Source: Phycisphaera mikurensis | Lineage (GTDB): Bacteria; Planctomycetota; Phycisphaerae; WQYP01 | NCBI GenBank assembly: GCA_022730455.1 | Contig: DZDI01000001.1 | Location: 4,829 to 68,828, forward strand | Reading direction: 5' to 3' | DNA length: 64,000 bases | Shown here: piece by piece, positions 27,287 to 36,695 of the stretch | How positions within the stretch are numbered: the first letter of the stretch is position 1 | Layout of the letters: each line of letters starts with the position of its first letter | The notes under the pieces: model-generated | Databases searched by the model: none | Seen by the model: the letters and a program-made list of their open reading frames with translations, nothing else | Told to the model about the DNA's origin: nothing | Made by a program: the position numbers and the translations under genes

Positions 27287-29278
27287 TTAAATCTTAACCA
27301 GCGATTCGACGCTACGCGAGGATATTTCCACCTGCAGGCGATGGATGAATTCATCCACCGCCATGGTGCCCAGATCCTGATCCTTCCGTGTCCGGACGGC
27401 GACGGTCTGACCTTCCTGTTCTTTGCCGCCAACCACCAGCATGTAGGGCGTTTTCAGTTCCCGGGCACGACGAATCTTGGCACCGATCTTATCACTTTCC
27501 GCGTCGAGATCGGCGCGAATACCTGCAGCACGCAGTTTGGCCAGTACGTTGTGGCCGTAATCCAGAAACTTTTCGCTGATAGTCAGCACCGTGGCCTGCG
27601 TGGGGGCCAGCCATGCAGGAAAAGCGCCGGCAAAATGCTCAATTAATATTCCGGTAAATCGCTCCATCGATCCGAAAGGTGCCCGATGAATCATCACCGG
27701 CCGGTGAGGCTGGTTATCGCTGCCGATGTATTCTAGCGCAAAGCGCTCCGGCAATACATAATCCAACTGCACCGTTCCAAGTTGCCATTGGCGGCCAATA
27801 ACGTCGCGCACCAGAAAATCCAGTTTGGGCCCATAGAATGCCGCCTCGCCTGGCGCCTCAACAGATTTAATACCCGATTGGGCCACAATCTTCCGCAATG
27901 TGTCTTCCGCGCGATCCCACAATTGCGGGTCACCTGCATATTTGTCTGACGCCGGATCACGCAAGCTCACCCGGCACTGATAATCTTTGAATCCCAGCGT
28001 TTGAAGCACCAGCAGCACCATTTCCAGCGTGCTGCTTAGTTCGTGCTCTACTTGCTCCGGTGTGCAGAACAAATGAGCATCGTCCTGCGTAAAGCCCCGC
28101 ACCCGCGTCATTCCCGAAAGTTCACCGGACTGTTCAAACCTATACACCGTGCCAAATTCCGCCAGGCGAATGGGCAGATCACGATAGCTGCGCGGATGGG
28201 CGGCGTAAATTTGAATATGATGCGGACAATTCATCGGTTTCAGCAGATATTCGCTCTGGTCGTCCGGATCGCGTTGTGACATCTTGATGGTGGGAAATTG
28301 CGATTCCTTATAATACGGATAGTGGCCGCTGGTTTTGTATAGATCAATATGGCCTATATGAGGCGTGTAAACCGTGCTGTAGCCCCGCTTCGATAATTCG
28401 TCACGCATGAATGTTTCAAGTTCCTGGCGAATGACGCCACCACGCGGCATCCAGAGAATCAGCCCACTGCCGACCAACGGAGAAATCGTGAACAATCCCA
28501 ATTGTTTGCCCAGAATGCGGTGATCCCGCCTTTTCGCTTCTTCCTGCTGATGGATGTGCTCATCAAGCTGGCTTTGCGTGAAAAATGCAATTCCGTAGAC
28601 ACGCTGTAATTGCTGTTTGCTGGCATCTCCGTGCCAATAGGCGCCGGCCACACTCGTAACCTTGAAGGCCCCGATACGACCCGTGGCGGGCAGGTGCGGC
28701 CCGCGGCATAAATCTTCCCAATTTTTATGCAGTGCGCCGGTCGCATAGAAACTGATCACGGCATGAGGATCTTGCTCGATGGCTCGCTGCGCATTATCCA
28801 ATTTATAAGGGTTACCTTGCTTTTGCAGTTCTGCCAAGGCCTCCTGTTGCCGCAATTCATACCGCGTAAACGGGCGATTGTCTTTTACAATCTCCGACAT
28901 TCGCTTTTCAATCCGGCCAAAATCGGCCTCGGTGATCGGCGTTGACAATTCCAAATCATAGTAAAAGCCGCCTTCCACCGGTGGGCCATAGGCAAGTTTT
29001 ACGTTCGGAAATAAATCGGTGATCGCCTCGGCCATCACATGTGCGGTGGAGTGTCGCAGCAGAAATACAGCATTGGAATCGTCGGCCTTAGCGGTGACGA
29101 TGGCAACTTTCGCGTCGGTTTTGACGGGGTAGTTTAAATCATGCAGTTCGCCATCTACAAGGATACCAATAGCATCGGCGGCCAAACGTTTGCCAATCGA
29201 TGCCGCGATTTCATCTCCCGTCACCACAGGTTGGTCATACGATCGGGTGTTGCCATCAGGTAAGGTAATTGTCAGCAT
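27287..29278 (-). CDS. thrS: Threonyl-tRNA synthetase
   Basis: TGS domain N-terminus (MLTITLPDGNTRSYDQPVVTGDEIAASIG), editing domain, class II core and anticodon-binding domain; 663 aa. Confidence 0.9.
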   Translation of the reverse strand: MLTITLPDGNTRSYDQPVVTGDEIAASIGKRLAADAIGILVDGELHDLNYPVKTDAKVAIVTAKADDSNAVFLLRHSTAHVMAEAITDLFPNVKLAYGPPVEGGFYYDLELSTPITEADFGRIEKRMSEIVKDNRPFTRYELRQQEALAELQKQGNPYKLDNAQRAIEQDPHAVISFYATGALHKNWEDLCRGPHLPATGRIGAFKVTSVAGAYWHGDASKQQLQRVYGIAFFTQSQLDEHIHQQEEAKRRDHRILGKQLGLFTISPLVGSGLILWMPRGGVIRQELETFMRDELSKRGYSTVYTPHIGHIDLYKTSGHYPYYKESQFPTIKMSQRDPDDQSEYLLKPMNCPHHIQIYAAHPRSYRDLPIRLAEFGTVYRFEQSGELSGMTRVRGFTQDDAHLFCTPEQVEHELSSTLEMVLLVLQTLGFKDYQCRVSLRDPASDKYAGDPQLWDRAEDTLRKIVAQSGIKSVEAPGEAAFYGPKLDFLVRDVIGRQWQLGTVQLDYVLPERFALEYIGSDNQPHRPVMIHRAPFGSMERFTGILIEHFAGAFPAWLAPTQATVLTISEKFLDYGHNVLAKLRAAGIRADLDAESDKIGAKIRRARELKTPYMLVVGGKEQEGQTVAVRTRKDQDLGTMAVDEFIHRLQVEISSRSVESLVKI

Positions 29279-29408
29279 GCCGTTCCCATACTAAAAGTTC
29301 TCAACGCCGTCGGGCCGTATGGTATGGTCGAAAACAGAAAGGGTGTCAAGGGCGGGTTAAGCGTCCGATTGTGCTTTCACTCAAGGCCGCCCCACGCCCA
29401 ATAATACC

Positions 29409-30380
29409 CTACTGCGTAGCCGAGTCCATCGGCACTTGAGGCTGCTGCGCACCGGCGTTCCTGCGGGTCATTCTGGCGTTTACCACGCCCCCGATGCCCG
29501 CCAGCGTCATCTCCACCACGATTTGAGCGACGCGCGGCATCGCTACAGCCACCACAATCAATTCCGGTGATCCGACAATGGGCGTAAGAAACAGAGCCTG
29601 AATCGCCTCGCGGACGCCTAACCCGCCGGGCAGCAGACTGAACATGCCTAAGCTGACCGACAAGGCAAACGTCCCGATCAAATCGGGATAGGCATGCAAC
29701 GAAATGGCGTGAATGCTATGTACGCTGGCCCAAAGCGCAAGCCCCCCAAAAAACCACACCGGCATGAACATCCCTACCGCCGAGAGCATGTGGCGGATGC
29801 GAAATTGTCTGCTGGGCGGAATCGGCCCCCGCTTCATCGATTTTAACGCCAAGTTGATCATAAAAAAGAATATTTTGGGGTGAAATACCGCCAGCAATGC
29901 TGCGATTGCTGCACCCACCAGAACCAGGTACAACGGATGATCGCGTGCATCGACCAATAGCGCAATGGCACCTACCAAAGCACCCGAGAGGGTATACATT
30001 GCATTTTCAAGGATCGTGGAGAGGACGCAAAGTTCGCGCGGCATGCCCGCCCGATGTGTCCGATCAATCCGCATTAAAACTAGGAATATTTTGCCCGGCG
30101 CATATTTACCGGCCTGGCTGAATGTATAGGCGCCCAGCAATGGAACTGTCGGTGACCGATCGCCCATCTGCCGTGCCAGCCACAGCCACGTGAGACTGTT
30201 GGTAATCATAATTCCGATAAATCCCAATGGAATTATCGGTATATATCGCCAATCAATATCGACCGGCTTCGATCCGACCTTGTGCCACGCGTCCAGAAGC
30301 TTGTCACCGACAAAGCCAAACACCAGCACCATCACCAGCAATTTGACGATGAAAATTAATCGGGCTTTGGTGAGTTTCAT
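29409..30380 (-). CDS. Integral membrane protein, lysylphosphatidylglycerol-synthase TM region/flippase-like (UPF0104) family
   Basis: Multiple predicted TM helices with the basic/aromatic N-terminal pattern of UPF0104 proteins; no MprF synthase domain. Confidence 0.5.
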   Translation of the reverse strand: MKLTKARLIFIVKLLVMVLVFGFVGDKLLDAWHKVGSKPVDIDWRYIPIIPLGFIGIMITNSLTWLWLARQMGDRSPTVPLLGAYTFSQAGKYAPGKIFLVLMRIDRTHRAGMPRELCVLSTILENAMYTLSGALVGAIALLVDARDHPLYLVLVGAAIAALLAVFHPKIFFFMINLALKSMKRGPIPPSRQFRIRHMLSAVGMFMPVWFFGGLALWASVHSIHAISLHAYPDLIGTFALSVSLGMFSLLPGGLGVREAIQALFLTPIVGSPELIVVAVAMPRVAQIVVEMTLAGIGGVVNARMTRRNAGAQQPQVPMDSATQ

Positions 30381-30742
30381 TCAACTCTTTTCATACAGTT
30401 ACAGTCAACTCCACGAATATTCATCAAGCCACTTGGGCATCATCTATCGGATATCGGTAAGGACTCGTCATCAGTATCACGTCGCCGTCCGCCTGCTACT
30501 ATTGTGCTCGAACCAGGGCTAATTGAAAACACCTTCGCGACAGGTTCGTCATCGGCAGGGTTATGCACCCGGCGACGGTGCGAACCCATGGACAGGCAAA
30601 CGGTCGCCCCGGCCAGTGATAGAAAGGTGATGGATCGCCGTTTTTCACCGATCCCCGAGTCTGTCCAAGTAATAACAGGGCTGCGATGTGCCGGAAACGC
30701 CCCGGATGCAAAGCGTCGGCCTGACGGCGCCTCGGGTTACGT

Positions 30743-31780
30743 GTGGGCCATGGTGTCCCAATGGCTCGCAGTTTTGTGCTCATGGCCGAATACTTCATCA
30801 CCCCAATCATCTCAATCCAAGTTATCCCACCTTGGCGCAGCGAAAATATCGTACAATACGGCCTGTATCGGGGCTTAGCGACAGGAGGTTGCGTGCTGGG
30901 GCTCGCAGGTTTCCATCCAGATTTAACACTTCTCATCGCCGCCGCCCTGGCGATTCCGGTCGGTGCCGTGTTGTGGCTTAACTCTGTCAAAGAAGCACCG
31001 ATCCTTATCACGTTGCTTCTCTCCGCCGTGGGATTTTTCTTGCCTTGGTTGCTGCCTTTGCATCACCTGAATTTCTTAACCCACGCCTCCATCGGACTGG
31101 GAGGCGTCGTACTTGGCATCATCCTCGGAACACTCTGCTTTCGCTTCTCGCAGGCAGTTTTACTGGCTCTGGTGGTCGGCGGAATCTTAGGCGGCGGCCT
31201 GGCCTATCATTATGGGGCATTTACAAAGCGGGCGAGGCCTGTTCCATCGCCGCAGAGCGTTGCAGTGCAGGTCGTGGCACGTGCATCCGCCAATCCGGCT
31301 AAGCAAGGGGTAACACCCGCAACTGGGCGTTCGATCGCGAGTCGCAAACTGAGAAGCGTATCATGGCAAACGATTCCTCAAACCGCACGAAAGATGTTTA
31401 GTGAGGGCTATTACCAAATCCGGTCAGCCTTGACGCGACTCTCCGCCAAGCAAGCCAGCGCCGTTTGGGCGCTCGTCGCGGCTACGGCACTGCTCACATT
31501 TTTGCTGGCACTTATCTTCCCACAGTTGGCGTCACTGGCGGGTGGGGTGTGGGCGGGATCACTGTTAATGATGACCGGGGCCTTGGTGCTGGTAGACTAC
31601 TGGCAGCCCGATCGGGTGGCACAGGCCTTTGCCACGGCGTGGCCGCAGGCGGCGTTCTTATTGTTGCTTGTGTTTGGCACCATTGTGCAGTCCCGTCATC
31701 TTTTTAAACACAGAGCGGCCACGAAAAGCGGTAAAGCCCATAGCGGAAAAAAATCAAAGGGCTCAGGTGAGAAAAAATGA
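30743..31780 (+). CDS. Hypothetical polytopic membrane protein (Ala/Gly/Leu-rich), Lys-rich C-terminus
   Basis: GTG-initiated ORF with several hydrophobic helices; antisense ORF 30499..31011 judged spurious; stop overlaps start of next gene (ATGA). Confidence 0.45.
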   Translation: MGHGVPMARSFVLMAEYFITPIISIQVIPPWRSENIVQYGLYRGLATGGCVLGLAGFHPDLTLLIAAALAIPVGAVLWLNSVKEAPILITLLLSAVGFFLPWLLPLHHLNFLTHASIGLGGVVLGIILGTLCFRFSQAVLLALVVGGILGGGLAYHYGAFTKRARPVPSPQSVAVQVVARASANPAKQGVTPATGRSIASRKLRSVSWQTIPQTARKMFSEGYYQIRSALTRLSAKQASAVWALVAATALLTFLLALIFPQLASLAGGVWAGSLLMMTGALVLVDYWQPDRVAQAFATAWPQAAFLLLLVFGTIVQSRHLFKHRAATKSGKAHSGKKSKGSGEKK

Positions 31781-32463
31781 TTCTGCATGTCGCTGCATCA
31801 ATGGCGGGTGGTGGAGAGATGCAGAACGTCGCTGCATCCATTAACGGTGTCAAAGGAACAATCCCGCCGGTTCTGATGCATATCACGTTGCCGGTGGGAT
31901 TGGTGCTGCTGATTGTCGGGCTAGTGATGATGATCGCCGCACCGCGCCACCATAAAGTCATTGTCGTACTCCTGTCCGCCGCCGTCGGCTGGTATGGGGC
32001 TTTATCGCTGGCTCACACCTCTCCCGCCACGGCCATTATTTACGCGGCCGTTGGTACGCTGGCGGGCCTGCTCCTGCTGGGAATCATGCGATTGGCGGTG
32101 GTATTGGCCTCGGCAACGGTTGGCGCCCTCGTTGGTTCTGCGGTCTGGAGCACTTTGCAGCGCCCACCAGATTTTTGGTGGATTGCCGCCGCTGCCGGTT
32201 TTATTGTCCTGGGCCTTACCGCCTCTCTGCTGTATGATCGTGCCATCATCTTGGTTTGCACCATGCTTGGAGCATGCAGCGCGGTTGTGGGTGCGGCAGT
32301 CATAATGGTACACAGCGGCTATGCCCCGCAGATACGGCAGATATGTGGTACCCAGGTGCAATGGCCATCGCGTCTGACGGTGGCTATTCTTGCCGTCACG
32401 CTGATAAGTCTGCTCCTGCAACTGCTGGATCGGCCAGCCAAAGACGATGGGAAAGGTACCTGA
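31777..32463 (+). CDS. Hypothetical polytopic membrane protein, translationally coupled to 30743..31780
   Basis: 228 aa, about 6 hydrophobic segments, start overlaps upstream stop by 4 nt. Confidence 0.45.
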   Translation: MILHVAASMAGGGEMQNVAASINGVKGTIPPVLMHITLPVGLVLLIVGLVMMIAAPRHHKVIVVLLSAAVGWYGALSLAHTSPATAIIYAAVGTLAGLLLLGIMRLAVVLASATVGALVGSAVWSTLQRPPDFWWIAAAAGFIVLGLTASLLYDRAIILVCTMLGACSAVVGAAVIMVHSGYAPQIRQICGTQVQWPSRLTVAILAVTLISLLLQLLDRPAKDDGKGT

Positions 32464-32472
32464 GCTGAATCA

Positions 32473-33357
32473 ATGAAAAATCAACACGGCCGAAACCTAA
32501 GCCTCCACATTGATACGCTCGGCGGTGATTTGCGCAGCGCGATCACCACGACGGCGGAGCTTGGCTTTGCAGGTGTGGCGGTTGGCATTGGTCATCCACA
32601 ATTCAGTTCGCCGGACTTCGGCACCACCGCCCGCAGGCATTGGATGAAAATATTGCAGTCGCATCATCTGACACTCACCGCCATTCGTGCAGGTGTCGGC
32701 GTGCTTGGATGCGCGGACTGGCGGCATGCCGAAATATTAATTCAGCAGGCTCACCGTGCCATTGATCTGGCGCGTGAATGCTGTGCCGGCGAGGTTCTCA
32801 TTTATATCGGCGAACCTCCCCCAAATCCCCCAATCCCGCCGGCCGCCGGTACGATGCTGGATGGGAACTTACATGGAGAGTCGAAGGGGCTCAAAGCCGC
32901 TGGTGAATCGACCGCTGATGCGCTACTCGATGAATTGCTCGCCGCCGGTGACCGGGCCAGTGTCAGGCTTGTCATCAGTTCCGGCCATGCGTCCTGGCTG
33001 AAGGCCAAGCTCAAACCGCATTACAGCCGGATGGTTGGCGCCGCACTGGATTCCTACCGGGTCTTAGCGGCTGGCCAGGCGCCGCCGGTGGCCGCTCAGG
33101 AACTTGCCGGAATGATTAATTCATGGGTGTGTGCCGATGCCGTGCGTAACGGCAGTATGACACAGAGTGTTTTGCTCGGTGCGGGCGCGGGCGATATGGT
33201 GGCGGTGGCAAGGACACTCGAAGAACAGTATTTTTCCGGACCGATTGTTGTCGATATTCGAGGCCTGGCGGACCCGGTGGCTGCCTCCAGGCATGCTGTG
33301 CAAAGCTTGGCGGAGCTTTTGTCGGCCGACCTGCCCACGCCGATGAGACGCGGATGA
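32473..33357 (+). CDS. Hypothetical protein, possibly sugar-phosphate isomerase/epimerase-like TIM barrel
   Basis: LGFAGVAVGIG.. and overall 290-aa length resemble xylose-isomerase-like TIM barrels; weak. Confidence 0.35.
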   Translation: MKNQHGRNLSLHIDTLGGDLRSAITTTAELGFAGVAVGIGHPQFSSPDFGTTARRHWMKILQSHHLTLTAIRAGVGVLGCADWRHAEILIQQAHRAIDLARECCAGEVLIYIGEPPPNPPIPPAAGTMLDGNLHGESKGLKAAGESTADALLDELLAAGDRASVRLVISSGHASWLKAKLKPHYSRMVGAALDSYRVLAAGQAPPVAAQELAGMINSWVCADAVRNGSMTQSVLLGAGAGDMVAVARTLEEQYFSGPIVVDIRGLADPVAASRHAVQSLAELLSADLPTPMRRG

Positions 33358-33409
33358 CTGGCGCGCGGTCTCAATGACAATAGAACGCGGTGTCAGGGGG
33401 TATTGCCTC

Positions 33410-34192
33410 ATGTCCAACACCCAGGGCTTGTTTCCAATTGTGCACCGATTGGCGCTTTCGCCGTCGACCCAACTACTTGCTGCCCAACGAGCCGCCGTAT
33501 TGATGGCCGATCAACATCCGCCGGATAGCGATTACTGCGAGGTATGGATCGCGGAAAGTCAGCTAAGCGGGCGCGGCCAACATCATCGCACGTTCGCCAG
33601 TCCCCTAGGGGGCTTTTATACCACGATTCTCATCGCTGCACCGCAGACGCTTCCTATGGATATCCTGCCGCTGGCGGTTGGATGGAAATGCGCCCAGTTA
33701 TTGGTAGCCGCCGGTTGCGTAGCAATTAATATTCGCTGGCCCAACGACCTGTGCATCGGGGATAAAAAAATTGGTGGTATTTTGTGCCAGTCCGTCGTTA
33801 GTGCCGGTCGGTGTTGCCTTCTGATAGGTGTAGGTATCAATACCAAGACTCGACTGGCCGATTTCCCCGTAAACCTTCAACCTTACATCGCGACGCTGGC
33901 AGATTCCGGCGTGCACGTGAATCATGCACTATTGCTGGATCAATTCATCGCAACTATGTTGGGCCTGCGCAATGCCGAAGAGGTCATGCGATGCGCGTCA
34001 CTCGCCGCCTCGCTGGATGTCACTAAGGGCCGAATCGTGTCTGCGATTGTCGATGGCGCTGCTATGGAGGGTGTATCGGAAGGTTGGGGGCCCGATGGTC
34101 ACCTGCGGATGCGCCAGTCAGGCGTTTTAAGGGAGCTGACTTCCGCGACTATCGTCAAAATCAACGGGCAAAGAATCCGGTTTGAGGATTGA
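33410..34192 (+). CDS. birA: Biotin--[acetyl-CoA-carboxylase] ligase (BPL/BirA catalytic domain, no HTH)
   Basis: GRGQHHRTFASPLGGFYTTIL (GRGRxGR.W.SP.G.LY motif), IRWPNDLCIGDKKIGGILCQ (KWPND..KI.GIL); listed ORF from 33374. Confidence 0.75.
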   Translation: MSNTQGLFPIVHRLALSPSTQLLAAQRAAVLMADQHPPDSDYCEVWIAESQLSGRGQHHRTFASPLGGFYTTILIAAPQTLPMDILPLAVGWKCAQLLVAAGCVAINIRWPNDLCIGDKKIGGILCQSVVSAGRCCLLIGVGINTKTRLADFPVNLQPYIATLADSGVHVNHALLLDQFIATMLGLRNAEEVMRCASLAASLDVTKGRIVSAIVDGAAMEGVSEGWGPDGHLRMRQSGVLRELTSATIVKINGQRIRFED

Positions 34193-34339
34193 CGGCATCC
34201 AAAATCTGGAAAGGCCCCGTGGCGCCTTAGCGGGCGATGGCACCATACGGCAACCATACGGATGGCGGCCTCAGAGCAGTTGACAACCAGGCCCTACGTT
34301 AATACCCTACAAATCTGATAGGCGTTACGGAGGTTTTCT

Positions 34340-35293
34340 ATGGCTAAGTTGTATTCCAGCATTACCGAGACCATCGGCAATACGCCGATGGTACGCATCA
34401 ATCGTCTGGTTCCGGCTGATCATGCTGCGGTATACGCAAAATGCGAATTTTTTAATCCGCTCGGCAGCGTCAAAGATCGTATCGGCATGGCTATGATTCA
34501 AGCCGCCGAGAAGCAGGGAGCGATCAAAAAGGACACCATCATTATGGAGGCGACGTCGGGCAACACGGGGATTGCTTTGGCGTTTGTCTGTGCCGCCAAA
34601 GGATACAAATTAAAATTATTCATGCCAGAAAGTATGTCTATCGAGCGGCGAAAATTATTGCGGATCATGGGGGCCCAACTGATGCTTACCCCCGCATCGG
34701 AGGGTATGCCCGGTGCGATTCGCCGTTGCAATGAAGCCGCCGCGGCCGACAAAAACGCCATCATTGCCAAGCAGTTCGAGAATCCGGCTAACGTTGAAAT
34801 TCACGCCCAAACCACGGCCGAAGAAATTTGGCGCGATACCGACGGGAAAATCGATTGCATCGTGTCGGCTGTGGGCACGGGTGGTACCATTTCCGGTGTG
34901 GCCAGCGTGCTGAAAAAACGGAATCCCAATTTCAAGGCCATTGCCGTCGAGCCATCAACATCACCCGTCATTACGCAATTTAAAGCCGGCCAGCCCCTTA
35001 AGCCCGGCCCGCACAAAATTCAGGGCGCAGGCGCAGGTTTCATTCCCGTCAACCTCTATACCGATCTGGTCGATGAAGTTATCCAAGTGACTAACGAGGA
35101 TGCCTTTGCTTGGGCCCGCCGGCTTGCGGCGCAAGAAGGCATATTGGCAGGCATAAGTTCCGGTGCAAATCTCTGCGCCGCAGCGCAGGTTGCCGCTAGA
35201 CCTGACATGAAGGGTAAAACCATCGTTACTATTATGTGTTCTACGGGAGAACGATATATCAGCACCGCCATGTATGATGGCTTGGACACATAA
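34340..35293 (+). CDS. cysK: Cysteine synthase (O-acetylserine sulfhydrylase), PLP-dependent
   Basis: [18 protein letters not shown] lysine motif [25 protein letters not shown] glycine-rich loop; 317 aa. Confidence 0.9.
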   Translation: MAKLYSSITETIGNTPMVRINRLVPADHAAVYAKCEFFNPLGSVKDRIGMAMIQAAEKQGAIKKDTIIMEATSGNTGIALAFVCAAKGYKLKLFMPESMSIERRKLLRIMGAQLMLTPASEGMPGAIRRCNEAAAADKNAIIAKQFENPANVEIHAQTTAEEIWRDTDGKIDCIVSAVGTGGTISGVASVLKKRNPNFKAIAVEPSTSPVITQFKAGQPLKPGPHKIQGAGAGFIPVNLYTDLVDEVIQVTNEDAFAWARRLAAQEGILAGISSGANLCAAAQVAARPDMKGKTIVTIMCSTGERYISTAMYDGLDT

Positions 35294-35383
35294 ACGCCGC
35301 CCTGCGCGTCCATCCATTGGTGTTGACCGCGTGTGTGGCCATCAACTGGTTGGTCGTGGCACTGGAGTCTGGAGCGCGTTCTG

Positions 35384-35935
35384 ATGGACATCTATCGTAC
35401 GGCGCGCGCCAGTGCTTCAGCCGACGCCCAGCCGCTCCTCGATCGGCTCGATCCGGTTGTAGCGGATTTTGTCGACGCCATTTCACCCGATGCCCTTGCC
35501 GTATGGGATATTCGTCAGCATGAAAATGCTCCCTGCTCGGTACATTTGTGTCTGTGCGACGATTGGTCGCATATCCACTGCGAATTTCGCCGCGATGAAT
35601 TGCCACCCCCATCGGATATTCATCTACTCATCGCCAGTAAATTGGCTGCATTTAAAGGTGTGCAACGCAGGATTTTATTTAAAGTATGCGATGGCACATT
35701 TGCGCATGATGATCTCACTCATCTGCGCCAGACGCTGAATATGATACCTAGCATCGCTTATCGTGGCCTCAAGGTGGAAAATCGCTGTGAATTTGTCCCC
35801 TGCAACGCCTACGTACCAGCCACCGCTTTTCATGTGACCGACTTCACGCTGGAAGTCGATGCCGCCGCCGGGGCGGATGTGGCCGACGCTCTGAAGTCTA
35901 ATGGATTTGAAATTCAATACCGCACCACTTTGTGA
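35384..35935 (+). CDS. Hypothetical protein
   Basis: ORF (listed from 35333) with likely start MDIYRTARAS; Cys/His-rich central part; no family recognised. Confidence 0.35.
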   Translation: MDIYRTARASASADAQPLLDRLDPVVADFVDAISPDALAVWDIRQHENAPCSVHLCLCDDWSHIHCEFRRDELPPPSDIHLLIASKLAAFKGVQRRILFKVCDGTFAHDDLTHLRQTLNMIPSIAYRGLKVENRCEFVPCNAYVPATAFHVTDFTLEVDAAAGADVADALKSNGFEIQYRTTL

Positions 35936-35971
35936 ATATGGTCGGTGTGACACGGGATTATCTGGTGGGGA

Positions 35972-36625
35972 ATGCGTTTGGATCAAAAAAGTCAAACACC
36001 TCCGAGAAGAGTCGAAGGGTTTCTGCCAGCTTTTTCAGTCACTCTTATTGCTTCATTCCTCTATGCCCTGCTACCGGCTCAAATTACACTCGGCCCACTT
36101 TGGGTTTTACCAGTGATAATGCCGCCGCTGCTGTTGACAGTCGCGCTGTTAAAAAAGTTCGGCAAACGCCTCGGCGCCCATTATCTGGGCCACGTCAGCA
36201 CTGCGATCATGACATGCTTCATTGCCTATTCGCTCATACTCCTTGTGGCGGATGTGTTTGGTGGCACCGGGCTTGCCTCCAGTATGCTTCGGGCATCAGG
36301 AATTCTATGGGTGATGAATATCATCGTCTTCGCGTCATGGTATTGGAGGCTGGATGCCGGCGGGCCGATGGCTCGGGCAGATCGTGGAAAACATGACGTC
36401 GGCTGCTTCCTGTTTCCGCAGATGACTTTGCGTTGGGCCGATGCAAAGCCATGGATTCCACATTTTATCGACTATCTGTTCGTTGCCTTCAACACCAGCA
36501 CGGCGTTCTCGCCTACCGATACGGCCATCCTTTCCCGCTGGGCCAAATTGCTGGTCATGGCACAATCCATCATCTCCTTGGGGTTGGTGGTTCTGGTGGT
36601 CAGCCGGGCGGTCAATATCATTTGA
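35972..36625 (+). CDS. Membrane protein, DUF1345-like
   Basis: 217 aa, 4-5 TM segments (LYALLPAQITLGPLWVLPVIMPPLLLTVALL..); pattern resembles DUF1345 family. Confidence 0.4.
   Translation: MRLDQKSQTPPRRVEGFLPAFSVTLIASFLYALLPAQITLGPLWVLPVIMPPLLLTVALLKKFGKRLGAHYLGHVSTAIMTCFIAYSLILLVADVFGGTGLASSMLRASGILWVMNIIVFASWYWRLDAGGPMARADRGKHDVGCFLFPQMTLRWADAKPWIPHFIDYLFVAFNTSTAFSPTDTAILSRWAKLLVMAQSIISLGLVVLVVSRAVNII
36262..36276 (+). promoter_or_regulatory. sigma-54 consensus -24/-12 element TGGCAC-N5-TTGC (inside DUF1345 coding sequence, 420 nt upstream of sigma-54 activator gene)
   Basis: Exact TGGCACcgggcTTGC at 36262-36276; the only full match noticed in the window. Confidence 0.2.
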
Positions 36626-36695
36626 CGGTGCCGCCTCTACTTCTTGCGACCGGAGATTGGCGGGATTGTCCGCTCACCGATATCTTTATAGCAGC

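Noticed and set aside
29279-29408. Possible regulatory leader (T-box or tRNA-mimic) upstream of thrS
   Set aside because: No T-box specifier/antiterminator consensus or anticodon-arm mimic recognisable in the 130-nt leader
30499-31011. 170-aa minus-strand ORF overlapping the start of the membrane-protein gene
   Set aside because: Arg-rich, no hydrophobic pattern or motifs, whereas the + strand frame encodes regular TM helices
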